From Candidatus Undinarchaeales archaeon (GTDB taxonomy: Archaea > SpSt-1190 > JASMDC01): a stretch of DNA of 29,941 nt. Made by a program: the position numbers and the translations under genes. The number at the start of each line of letters is the position of its first letter. Positions within the stretch are counted from its first letter, which is position 1. The stretch lies in assembly GCA_030753015.1 (NCBI GenBank), contig JASMDC010000044.1:1-29941 (forward strand). Direction: 5' to 3'. The notes beneath the pieces were generated by a model. It was not told the origin of the DNA. It did no database searches and saw only the letters and a list, made by a program, of their open reading frames with translations. Positions 8,357 through 17,211 of this stretch are shown one piece after another.

Positions 8357-9265
8357 ATGGTTGATCTATTGACCGCAATAGTGCTCTTAGTGATTATCGT
8401 TGCCATCATAGGCACGAAGGCCTTGAAGATCGTGAAACCCTACGAGAAGGCGCTCATCGAGCGGATGGGCCGGTACCAGTATACGGCCGGGTCCGGTCTG
8501 ACGACAATCATCCCCTTCGTAGACACGATCAAGAAGGTGGACATGCGTGAGACGGTCGTCGACGTTCCACCTCAGGACGTTATCACCAAGGACAACGTGG
8601 TGGTCACGGTCGATGCGGTAGTGTACTACCAGGTCACCGAACCCAAGGCAGTGGTGTACAACGTCGGGCAGTTCAACCTCGCCTGTACCAAGCTGGCACA
8701 GACCAACCTGAGGAACATCATCGGCGACCTCGAACTGGACCAGACGCTGACCAGTCGCGAGCGTATCAACACGAGCCTTCGCGCAATCCTGGACGAGGCC
8801 ACTGACAAGTGGGGCGTCAAGGTCAACCGCGTGGAGATCCAGAAGATCGACCCGCCCGCCGACGTCACCGAGGCCATGCACAAGCAGATGAAGGCCGAGC
8901 GAGAGAAGCGCGCTGCCATCCTCGAGGCCGACGGCCAGAAGCAGTCCCGCATCCTCGAGGCAGAGGGTCAGAAGGAAGCGCAGATCCGCCGGGCAGAAGG
9001 TGAGGCCGAGGCCATCAAGCAGGTGGCGCTCGCTGAGCGCGACAAGTTCATCTACGAGGCACAGGGTAAGGCACAGGCACTGGCAACGGTGTTCGCCGCT
9101 ATCAAGCAGGCGCAGGTGGACAAGGACATCCTCTCTATCCAGTACCTCGATACCCTGCGCACGGCCCTGGCAACGAACTCCAAGTTCGTCATCATGCCCC
9201 TGGAGTTCTCAGAGCTCCTCAAGGGCCTGAAGGGCATGGGCGGTACCGGCGAGCTGCTCAAGTAG
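8357..9265 (+). CDS. SPFH/band 7 stomatin-like protein (QmcA/YbbK type)
   Basis: N-terminal TM helix; motifs VDMRETVVDVPPQDVITKDNV, AQTNLRNIIG, WGVKVNRVEI and AEREKRAAILEADG. SD AGGAGG upstream. Confidence 0.95.
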   Translation: MVDLLTAIVLLVIIVAIIGTKALKIVKPYEKALIERMGRYQYTAGSGLTTIIPFVDTIKKVDMRETVVDVPPQDVITKDNVVVTVDAVVYYQVTEPKAVVYNVGQFNLACTKLAQTNLRNIIGDLELDQTLTSRERINTSLRAILDEATDKWGVKVNRVEIQKIDPPADVTEAMHKQMKAEREKRAAILEADGQKQSRILEAEGQKEAQIRRAEGEAEAIKQVALAERDKFIYEAQGKAQALATVFAAIKQAQVDKDILSIQYLDTLRTALATNSKFVIMPLEFSELLKGLKGMGGTGELLK

Positions 9266-9277
9266 AAATACGAGCAC

Positions 9278-9305
9278 GCCCCCTCCTCTTCTCGGGGGAG
9301 GGGGC
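9278..9305. terminator. GC-rich hairpin between convergent genes, possible bidirectional terminator
   Basis: GCCCCCTCCTCT-tctc-GGGGGAGGGGGC forms a 12-bp stem with two G-T pairs. Confidence 0.55.
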
Positions 9306-9347
9306 CAGTACTCATTCTCACTCCAGGATTCTTGATATGCTGGCTTT

Positions 9348-10102
9348 TCAGAGGAGTCCCTTGTCGTGGCTCTCATAATAGTCGACGAGCCCCGTGATGA
9401 GAGGGGACGTACGGATCGAGTGACCACGCTTCATTGCACACTTGAGGTCGCGGGCCATTACTGAGAGTTCGTTGTCCAGTACCGCCCGACCACCGAGGTC
9501 CTCCTCGAGGCGATGGTGGTGCTTGGCGGCCCCCCTCACGACCACATGCAGTCGACGTAGCTCCTCCACGTAGTTGCGATAGGGTACGAGGGCGGGAGTG
9601 TCGGCAAGACGAAGCCCCTCAGCGAGCGCATCGATGCCATCCGCGGCCGCGGGAAGGACCGACCTGTCCCCGTCCTTGATTGTCGTCACGAACGCGGAGA
9701 GGACCGTGTTCAAGATGGCCAGGAACTCTTCCTTGGTCTCCGGGATGCCCCGGTAGTAGAGGTGGGCTTGGAATATCCCGAAGCCCATGAAGAAAGGTGC
9801 GACCATACATACACCATCGAAGAGCTCTCCCCAGTCGATCCCTACCTCGCTCATCTCATCGAATTGTGCGAACAAGATGACCGGGCCGGTCAGTAGGATT
9901 AGCGCGGCCGCCGCGCCGACGGTCCCCCCATCGGCGAACACGTAGAAGTGCTCATGTAGAACTGCTGACTCAGACGGAGGTTAGATCTAATATCACTCCA
10001 TCGACCTTTCTCCTCGAGATCCATCAATCCCTCGGAGATGGTGATCGTGGCTCCACGAACGAGGGCGAACCTATGCTTCCCGATATACCCTTTATTCTTC
10101 AC
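9348..10102 (-). pseudogene. decayed third copy of the tandem six-TM membrane protein family
   Basis: The GTG 10102 start (SD GGGGAGGGG) gives VKNKGYIGKHRFALVRGATITISEG, homologous to the paralog N-termini. More than 200 codons are missing internally. A 14-nt imperfect tandem duplication (9939-9966) shifts the frame before FYVFADGG. The C-terminal half (LAEGLRLADTP..YRNYVEEL, GHSIRTSPL) is intact. Confidence 0.8.
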
Positions 10103-10139
10103 GGCCCCTCCCCCACACACTCGTCCAGTTCGACGTTCG

Positions 10140-11501
10140 TTAGTCCTCTTTCTCGATATGTGCCAGCATCGCCCTCAACTTGGGCGACACCCTGACGCTC
10201 TGCCCGCTCTCGAGGACGGTCTTCAGGTCCTTGGCCATGACGATCAGCTCGCGCTTCAGCTGGCGAGGATCCTCGAACTTTGGCTCCAGCTTGTAGTAGT
10301 GCTCGGCTGTGCGCTGAACGATGTCCTCCAGAAGGCAGAGGTTGTCCATGTACCCGTGATAGGCCATGAGCTCAGGATCCATGGCGATGCGCAGCCCGTC
10401 GGTGAGGTCGTCCAGGTCCGCACCGGCCTGCTCCAGTGCTGCACGGTCGTCTTCCTTTATCGCCTTGGCCATGTTTACGATGATCGTGTCCCGGAGGTGG
10501 GCGAACTGCATCAGGTTGGTGGGGGCCATTATGTAGTCCAGCTGTGCGTAGTAGGCCCCCAGTGCTATGAGCATGGGAGCTATCATGGACACGCGGTCCT
10601 GGACTGCCCCCCATTTCGAGGTCGACTCGGCGGTGAGGGGGATGAGCACTGCAGTCAGTAGGACGACCACCACGGCACCGAGCGCGCCACCATCAGCGAG
10701 CACGTAGAACTGCTTCCGGGCGTATTTGTACAGGAGCCATGATGCCAGAATACAGACCGCGATGATCGTGAGGCCGTTGTCGTGCACGGTGACGGGGATG
10801 AGGAGCCCGATCAGAGCGAGGATGTTCCATATGCCCCGATAGACTATGAAGAGGATGAACGAGAGTGTGAGCATCTCGGCGGGAGGGTCGTACACGGAGG
10901 GGACCGAGGCCTGGAGGACCCATCCCATGGCCAGGAACGCGACTACGTAGTACGCGCTCACGAGCCAGCCCAGCCAGCCCCCTGGCGCTCCCGTGCCCGT
11001 GCGCACCTCGATTGCGACGGCAAGGACGAGCAGGCTGAGCACAACGGCAGCTCCGCGGGTATCGAGCAGCGGTGTTTCCCGGGGCGTCACCTCGATCGGG
11101 TAGGTGACCACCTCCTCGGCCCGCTGATCGGCCGTGACATAATTGGGTCCGTCCTCGAACAGCTGCACACCTCGGTAGTAAAGGGATTTCTTTCCCTGGA
11201 AGGCGATGCGCAGCACGTGCTGACCCTCCCCACTCCCCTCGTGGCACGTGGCGGGCTCCTCCCTCCAGCCCCGGAAGTACCGTACCTCCTCCTCTGACCA
11301 GAGGAGCTTGTCCGGGAGCTTGTCGGAGGGGAACCAGAGCGTGATATCGCCGTAACGCTCCTCCACGTACGCCGTCCTCCCCCGGTAGCTTATGATGTTC
11401 CAGATCCAGCCGGACATATCGTCCTTGGGATTGTTGGTTACACTGACCTTTCCCGAAAGGAGGTCGAACGCGTCCTTCCCGATCCGTCCGTGTTCACGCA
11501 T
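10140..11501 (-). CDS. hypothetical membrane protein (soluble N-domain, about 6 TM, helical C-domain), paralog 2
   Basis: 453-aa ORF with SD GAGGAG. Shares LYxxGVQLFExGxNYxTA, FYxLxDGG, DLxDGLRIAxDP, YMDNL and RVSPxL with its neighbour. Confidence 0.85.
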   Translation of the reverse strand: MREHGRIGKDAFDLLSGKVSVTNNPKDDMSGWIWNIISYRGRTAYVEERYGDITLWFPSDKLPDKLLWSEEEVRYFRGWREEPATCHEGSGEGQHVLRIAFQGKKSLYYRGVQLFEDGPNYVTADQRAEEVVTYPIEVTPRETPLLDTRGAAVVLSLLVLAVAIEVRTGTGAPGGWLGWLVSAYYVVAFLAMGWVLQASVPSVYDPPAEMLTLSFILFIVYRGIWNILALIGLLIPVTVHDNGLTIIAVCILASWLLYKYARKQFYVLADGGALGAVVVVLLTAVLIPLTAESTSKWGAVQDRVSMIAPMLIALGAYYAQLDYIMAPTNLMQFAHLRDTIIVNMAKAIKEDDRAALEQAGADLDDLTDGLRIAMDPELMAYHGYMDNLCLLEDIVQRTAEHYYKLEPKFEDPRQLKRELIVMAKDLKTVLESGQSVRVSPKLRAMLAHIEKED

Positions 11502-11516
11502 GGTGCTTTCTCCTCG

Positions 11517-12929
11517 TCAGTCCGCTTCAGTGTCCGCGTGCTCCACAAGGCCCCGCAGGATCGGGGACACCCGGATGCACATGCCCTGCTCCATGGCGTA
11601 GCGCAGGTCGTGGGTCATGATCTGGATCTCGCGAGCGAGGTCGGCGGGATCGTCGAAGTCCCGCTCGAGCCGGTCGTACTGCTCGGCCGCGCCCTTCACG
11701 ACGTTCTCGAGCAGGCGGAGGTTGTCCATGTAATTACGGAACGCGGCCAGGTTGGGGTCCTTTGCGATGCGCAGGCCGTCGGCCAGGTCGTTGAGCTCCT
11801 CGCCCGCCTCCCGCAGCGCCTCCCGGTCGCCGCTGCTGACCGTCCGGTCCATGAGCGTCGCGATCTCGTCGCGGAGCCGGAAGAACTGTTTTTCCGTGTC
11901 GGGCGCCTTGCGGTAGTCCTTCCACTTGTAATAAGCGCCGACGACGATGATGAAGGGCGCGAGCATGGATATGGTGTTCAGCGCCTCGTGCCACCACTCG
12001 AGGTCCTCCTCGATGGCGACGTTCCAGATGAAGGCGAGTATCAGGACGAGCAGCGCTCCTGCGGAACCGCCGTCGGTGAGCATGTAGAAGCGCTTGCGGA
12101 TAATGCGGAACATGAGGAACGAGAGCACAATCGATGCTGCGATGAGCGAGAACCCGAAGTGCTCGATGGGCAATAGGAACTCCTTACTGAGCGCAGAGAA
12201 TATGTTCTCCACGCCCTTGAAACCTATATAGAGCACGAACGAGCAGGCGAGGATCTCGGCGGGGATGTCGTAGTCGGTGGGGGTGCCTGCGATGAGCACG
12301 TAACCCATGGACACGAAGCACATCATGTACCACAAGGCCACCAGCACTTGTGTCCATCCGGGAAGCGCTCCCGCTCCTGCCTGGAGCTCGAGCCAGAGGG
12401 CGACAAGGGCGATCCCCAGTATCATGAGCGCGCCCCATGTCCCCACGAGCACCGCCTTCCGGGCCAGCACCTCGATAGTGTAGTGGTCCAGGTCCTCGGC
12501 GCGGGCATGGGCGGTGGCGTAGTTCTCCCCGTGCTCGAACAGCTGCACTCCTGTGAAGTAGAGGGGCTTGCGGTCGGGGAACACGATGCGGAGAACGTCC
12601 TCGCCGTCCCCCTCCCCCTCCGAGCAAGCGGCGGTGCCATCCTCCTCCCCGCCGGTCCTCATCTTCCGTGGATCCCAGAGGCCCTCCAGACGGCCGGAGA
12701 GGTCACGCACTGCCTCCTCGCGCCATGCGACGTGGGCAGGCAATCGTTCGACCGGGGTCCAGACGGTCAGCTCGCCTTTGTACTCCTCGACGAACACCGT
12801 CTTCCGGTCCCACTCGATAGCGGTCCAGCCCCAGCTCTCTTGGTCCTCTCCTTCCCCCTCGGTCAGGGTGATGGAACCGTCGGGGACGATTGTGTACCGT
12901 TTCCGATTGATCTGACCCTGTTCATTCAC
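11517..12929 (-). CDS. hypothetical membrane protein (about 6 TM), paralog 1, 470 aa
   Basis: GTG 12929 overlaps the udp stop (GTGA). The N-terminus VNEQGQINRKRY aligns with paralog 2 MREHGRIGKDAF, and the motifs are the same. Confidence 0.85.
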   Translation of the reverse strand: MNEQGQINRKRYTIVPDGSITLTEGEGEDQESWGWTAIEWDRKTVFVEEYKGELTVWTPVERLPAHVAWREEAVRDLSGRLEGLWDPRKMRTGGEEDGTAACSEGEGDGEDVLRIVFPDRKPLYFTGVQLFEHGENYATAHARAEDLDHYTIEVLARKAVLVGTWGALMILGIALVALWLELQAGAGALPGWTQVLVALWYMMCFVSMGYVLIAGTPTDYDIPAEILACSFVLYIGFKGVENIFSALSKEFLLPIEHFGFSLIAASIVLSFLMFRIIRKRFYMLTDGGSAGALLVLILAFIWNVAIEEDLEWWHEALNTISMLAPFIIVVGAYYKWKDYRKAPDTEKQFFRLRDEIATLMDRTVSSGDREALREAGEELNDLADGLRIAKDPNLAAFRNYMDNLRLLENVVKGAAEQYDRLERDFDDPADLAREIQIMTHDLRYAMEQGMCIRVSPILRGLVEHADTEAD

Positions 12930-13762
12930 GTCCGAAGCCCCGGGTACCAGTACCTCTTCCCGCTCTTCTCCTTCTCGTCGTCCATCTCCTTGAGGATGCG
13001 CACGGCCTCCACGGCCACCTTCGCGCACTCCTTTTCGCCCGTGACCTTCAGTTCGTCGCGAGGACGGTTGGCGAACACGGTGCACACGCAGCCTGCACGC
13101 AGCCCGAAGAGGCTTGTGAGGGTGTAGAGCGCGGCGGCCTCCATCTCGAAGTTGAGCACGCGGGCCTTCTGGAGATCAACGACCAGGTTGTCCATCCAGC
13201 TCTGCCAGAACCCGTTGTACCCGGGCCTTCCCTGGCCGCAGTAGAAGGTGTTCGTGGACGCCGTGATCCCCACATGGTAGGGGATGTTCAGGCATTCTGC
13301 GGCCTGGATGAGGGCCAGTGTCACCTCGTACGACCCGACGGCGGGGTACTCTGGCCGCACGTAGTCCTTGCTCGTCCCCTCGAGACGGACCGCAGCCGAA
13401 GTGATGATCATGTCACCGATGTCGATGTCCTCCTGGATGGTCGCCGTGGAGCCCACGCGGATGAACGTGTCCACACCGACAGCTGCCAGTTCCTCGATGG
13501 CCACGCCCAGGGGGCTGGGGCCCAGACCCGACGATACGGTAGAGACGGGGATGCCCTTGAACTTGCCGGTGAAGGTGCGGTACTCGCGGTGGTAGGCCAC
13601 TTCACGCGCCTCGTCGAAGAGCTCGGCGATGACCGGTACCCGCCCGGGGTCCCCGGGAAAGAGTACGTACCGCGCGACGTCGCCCGGTTTGCACTGGATA
13701 TGATACTGGATGCCCTCCTCGGTCTGCGGCCGGGTGGCCTCCTTCATCTTGAGCGTGCCCAT
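12926..13762 (-). CDS. udp: uridine phosphorylase (NP-I family)
   Basis: Motifs QYHIQCKPGDVARYVLFPGDPGRV, HREYRTFTG, FIRVGST, FYCGQGR and NFEMEAA. Start ATG 13762 lies about 25 nt from TTTTATAAA (alternative start 13747). Confidence 0.92.
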   Translation of the reverse strand: MGTLKMKEATRPQTEEGIQYHIQCKPGDVARYVLFPGDPGRVPVIAELFDEAREVAYHREYRTFTGKFKGIPVSTVSSGLGPSPLGVAIEELAAVGVDTFIRVGSTATIQEDIDIGDMIITSAAVRLEGTSKDYVRPEYPAVGSYEVTLALIQAAECLNIPYHVGITASTNTFYCGQGRPGYNGFWQSWMDNLVVDLQKARVLNFEMEAAALYTLTSLFGLRAGCVCTVFANRPRDELKVTGEKECAKVAVEAVRILKEMDDEKEKSGKRYWYPGLRT

Positions 13763-13783
13763 ACGGCTGACAGGGCGTCCAAG

Positions 13784-13792
13784 TTTTATAAA
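13784..13792. promoter_or_regulatory. TATA box between divergent udp and smc
   Basis: Near-palindromic TTTTATAAA in the 65-bp intergenic gap. Confidence 0.6.
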
Positions 13793-13827
13793 GGATGGCG
13801 GCACCACTACCCTTTTAGGCCCCCTCC

Positions 13828-16800
13828 ATGCCACGTATCACGAACATCACTATGAAGGGCTTCAAATCCTTCGCGCGGAAGACGTCCGTGCAGTTCCCGG
13901 TGGACTTCAGTGTGGTCGTGGGGCGCAACGGTTCGGGGAAGTCGAACATCGTCGACGCCCTCTGCTTCGTTCTCGGGACCGCCCGCTCAAAGGTGATGCG
14001 GGTGAAGAACTCCGCCGAGCTCATCTTCAACGGGGGCAAGGACGGCAGGGCATCCGACAACGCGGAGGTGACGGTCACCTTCGACAACCAGGACGCCGGA
14101 TTCCGGATCGACAGCGATGCCGTGAAGGTCAGCCGGCTCGTGAAATCCAACGGCCAGGGTGTCTACCGGCTCAACGACAAGCGCGTCACCCGGCAGGAGA
14201 TCCTGGAGGCTCTCTCGCACGCCCGGATCAATCCCGATTCCTACAACATCGTGCTCCAGAACGACGTGACCCGGGTCATCGATATGAGCGCCCGGGAACG
14301 GCGCGGGTTCATCGACGACATCGCTGGCATCGCCTCCTACGAGGAGCGAAAGGTGAAGGCGTTGCGCGAACTGGATAGCGTCGAGCGCCGGATGGAGGAG
14401 ATCCAGATCAGGCTCACAGAGATGCGTCGCATCCTCGACGAGATGCGCGAGGAGCGGGACAAGGCCGTGAAGCTCCGCCAGCTCAAGGAGGAGAAAGGGC
14501 TGGTGGAGGCGACGCTGTGTCGCTCGCGTGTGAAGCTCGACGAAGAACGCATCACCCGCCAGCAGAAGCACATCGCCGAGCTCGAGGAGAAGCGGTCCAA
14601 GATCCTCTCCCTGCGCCAGGAGGAGGAGGGTACACTGTCCACGAAGCAGGCCAAGCTCTCCCAGGTCGAGAAGCGGCTCCATGATGAGGGCTACGGCGAC
14701 CAGGTCCGGCTGACCGAGAGGCGCGCCACCATCGACGGCGAGATCACACTCCTTAAAGAACGGCGCAAGGGCAAGGAGGAGGAGCTGTCGGCCAAGCAGC
14801 AGCGCCTCAAGGACCTCGTCCACGAGCTGGCCGAGAACACCAAGGGTCTCGGGCAGGCGAAGAAGGCGCTCATCGAGCTGGGGCTGCGGGAGAAGTCGCT
14901 TGCCGACGAGATCGAGCAGGTGGGAGGCCGCATCCGCAAGCACCGCAAGGACCATGACTCGGAGTGGGCCTCGCTTGAACAGGAGCGTGAAGTGCTCGAG
15001 CGCGAGGAGCGGGAGCTTTCCGCGCGCGAGACGACGCTCAGAGAAGAGCTTGCCAAGATCCGGGCGACCCTCGAGGGCAGCACCGGCAAGCGTGTGCGCC
15101 TCGACGACCTGCGCAAGAACAAGACAGGTCTCGAGAAGGAGGAGGTCGAGCTCACGACCGGTATCTCCACGAAGGGCGAGGAGGCAGCACGCCTCACCAG
15201 GGCACTGAGCGACACGAAGCACGCTCTTGAGAAGAAGGAGCAGCAGTACTCCCGCGTGCGAGACAAGCTCGAGCGGCAGGCACGTGTCAGCCCACCCGTA
15301 GAAGCGGTGCTCCGGGTCGGTATCTCCGGTGTCGTGGGCAGGGTCTACGACCTCATCGAGTTCTCCCCTGAGCACGCTGCTGCCATCATGGCCGCTGCCG
15401 GGGCGCGGATCAACGCCGTTGTCGTGGAACGCGACACGGTCGCCGTGGAATGTGTCCAGTTCCTCAAGAAGAAGCGCATCGGCAAGGCACGGTTCCTCCC
15501 AATGGACAAGCTCCGGTCGCCCCCCCATTCCAGAGAGGCGGAGGGTGTCGGGCGTGAAGCGATGGGGCTCCTGCGCGACCATGTCCGCTGCGAGCCACAC
15601 CTAGAGCCCATGCTCCGCTACGTGCTAGGGAACACGGTGCTCGTCGAGACCATCGAGGAGGCCCGCCGCCTCGGCTTCGGCCGGGCACGGATGGTGTCCC
15701 TTGACGGCGACGTGGCAGAGTCCTCCGGTGCGGTGATGGGGGGCCACAACAAGACGGAACGTATCACCGAGGACATCGGTGCGCTCCGCAGCGACATCGG
15801 GCGCATGAGCGGGAACGTCGCCAAGATGGAGCAGCACCGGGACGTGCTGGAGGAGGAGCTCATCCAGATGCGCCAACGGCGCGCCGAGGTGAAGATCAGC
15901 CTCGAGACCATCAGGGCAGACCTGAGCGACATGGAGGGAGTGGACGCCGCCACCCTCGAGAAGCGCGAGAGCGAGCTCGACAAGGAGCTCAGCTCCGTGA
16001 CAAAGGGCGTTGAGGTCCACCGCGAGAAGCTCGCCAATATTCAGAAGAAGGTCAGTGCCCGTAATACGGAGGTGGAGAACGAGGCGCTCGACAAGGAAGA
16101 GGCGCGTCTGACCGAGCTCCGGGATCAACTGCGACAAGTGGGCCAGGAGCGCGCCGTCAAGGAGCGGCAGAAGCGGCACGAGTTCGAGGCCAACATCCAG
16201 ATGTACAAGACGACCCTGCGCGAGGAGCAGAAGGCCACCGTCACGCTCAAGAGCGAGCTCGCTGCAGTTGACAAGGACCTTGCTGGCAAGGAAGGTGAGC
16301 TTGCGAAGGTCGCAGCTGAACTTACCGAGATGGACGAGAAGCTCCAGACCTTCATCGCCGAGCAAGAGGCTGTCCGGGGCGACATCCGTTCGTCCGAGAA
16401 GCGCATCGCAACGCTCGATCGTGAGTCGGACGGCCTGTCCATCACCCTGGAGAACGACAGCGAGAAGCTCGGGGAGATGGAGGGCGAACTCGGGGAGCTG
16501 AGGCGAGAGCTGGGGCAGTTCTCATTGTTCCTCTCCGACGACGAGGACCAGACGGTCACTCGTCTGGACGCCAGGTTCAAGTCCGTGGAGCGACGCATCG
16601 AGCGCCTGGGCGGTGTCTCCGAGTACATGCTAGAGCGGTACGAGGAGCGCGAGAAGGAGTACAACGGGAGCATCGAGCGCAAGACCCTCCTAGAGAAGGA
16701 GAAGGAGGTCATCCTCACCACCATGGCTGAGCTGGAGGCGAAGAAGAAGGAGGTGTTCATGGAGGCCTACGTCAAGGTCAAGGACCACTACTCTGCCGTT

Positions 16801-17211
16801 ATCGGCTCCATCGAGGGCTGGTCCGGCGACCTCTCCCTGGAGAACGAGGAGGAGCCATTAGAGGGCGGCCTCGTGCTCCATGCTCATCCCAAAGGCAAGC
16901 GCCTCATCCGCCTGGAGAGCATGTCCGGCGGCGAGAAGGTGCTCACGGCACTCTCCCTCCTCCTGGCGCTGCAGAAGTTCGACGGCGCTCCTTTCCTAGT
17001 GCTTGACGAGGTGGACGCCGCTCTGGACAAGGTCAACCTCGACCGATTCACCGAGCTGCTGCGGGAGACCGCCTCGAAATCACAGCTCATCGTCATATCT
17101 CACCACAACGAGTCGCTCATGCGCACGGCCGACCAACTCATCGGCGTCTCTGCCCGGCAGGGTCAGTCCATGCTCGTGGGGGTGAACCTCAATTCCTACT
17201 CAGTCGAGTGA
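13828..17211 (+). CDS. smc: chromosome segregation protein SMC
   Basis: GFKSF, Walker A GRNGSGKSN, Q-loop VLQND, long coiled coils, hinge (GVVGRVYDLI...VSLDGDVAESSGAVMGG), signature MSGGE, Walker B VLDEVDAALD and H-loop ISHH. Confidence 0.97.
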   Translation: MPRITNITMKGFKSFARKTSVQFPVDFSVVVGRNGSGKSNIVDALCFVLGTARSKVMRVKNSAELIFNGGKDGRASDNAEVTVTFDNQDAGFRIDSDAVKVSRLVKSNGQGVYRLNDKRVTRQEILEALSHARINPDSYNIVLQNDVTRVIDMSARERRGFIDDIAGIASYEERKVKALRELDSVERRMEEIQIRLTEMRRILDEMREERDKAVKLRQLKEEKGLVEATLCRSRVKLDEERITRQQKHIAELEEKRSKILSLRQEEEGTLSTKQAKLSQVEKRLHDEGYGDQVRLTERRATIDGEITLLKERRKGKEEELSAKQQRLKDLVHELAENTKGLGQAKKALIELGLREKSLADEIEQVGGRIRKHRKDHDSEWASLEQEREVLEREERELSARETTLREELAKIRATLEGSTGKRVRLDDLRKNKTGLEKEEVELTTGISTKGEEAARLTRALSDTKHALEKKEQQYSRVRDKLERQARVSPPVEAVLRVGISGVVGRVYDLIEFSPEHAAAIMAAAGARINAVVVERDTVAVECVQFLKKKRIGKARFLPMDKLRSPPHSREAEGVGREAMGLLRDHVRCEPHLEPMLRYVLGNTVLVETIEEARRLGFGRARMVSLDGDVAESSGAVMGGHNKTERITEDIGALRSDIGRMSGNVAKMEQHRDVLEEELIQMRQRRAEVKISLETIRADLSDMEGVDAATLEKRESELDKELSSVTKGVEVHREKLANIQKKVSARNTEVENEALDKEEARLTELRDQLRQVGQERAVKERQKRHEFEANIQMYKTTLREEQKATVTLKSELAAVDKDLAGKEGELAKVAAELTEMDEKLQTFIAEQEAVRGDIRSSEKRIATLDRESDGLSITLENDSEKLGEMEGELGELRRELGQFSLFLSDDEDQTVTRLDARFKSVERRIERLGGVSEYMLERYEEREKEYNGSIERKTLLEKEKEVILTTMAELEAKKKEVFMEAYVKVKDHYSAVIGSIEGWSGDLSLENEEEPLEGGLVLHAHPKGKRLIRLESMSGGEKVLTALSLLLALQKFDGAPFLVLDEVDAALDKVNLDRFTELLRETASKSQLIVISHHNESLMRTADQLIGVSARQGQSMLVGVNLNSYSVE

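Noticed and set aside
12930-13085. N-terminal extension of paralog 1 in the ORF track
   Set aside because: It overlaps udp. Homology with paralogs 2 and 3 starts at GTG 12929.
13987-16365. Long antisense ORFs within smc (and similar ones within pyrG, por and SPFH)
   Set aside because: These are expected shadow ORFs of high-GC3 genes, with no motifs or initiation signals.
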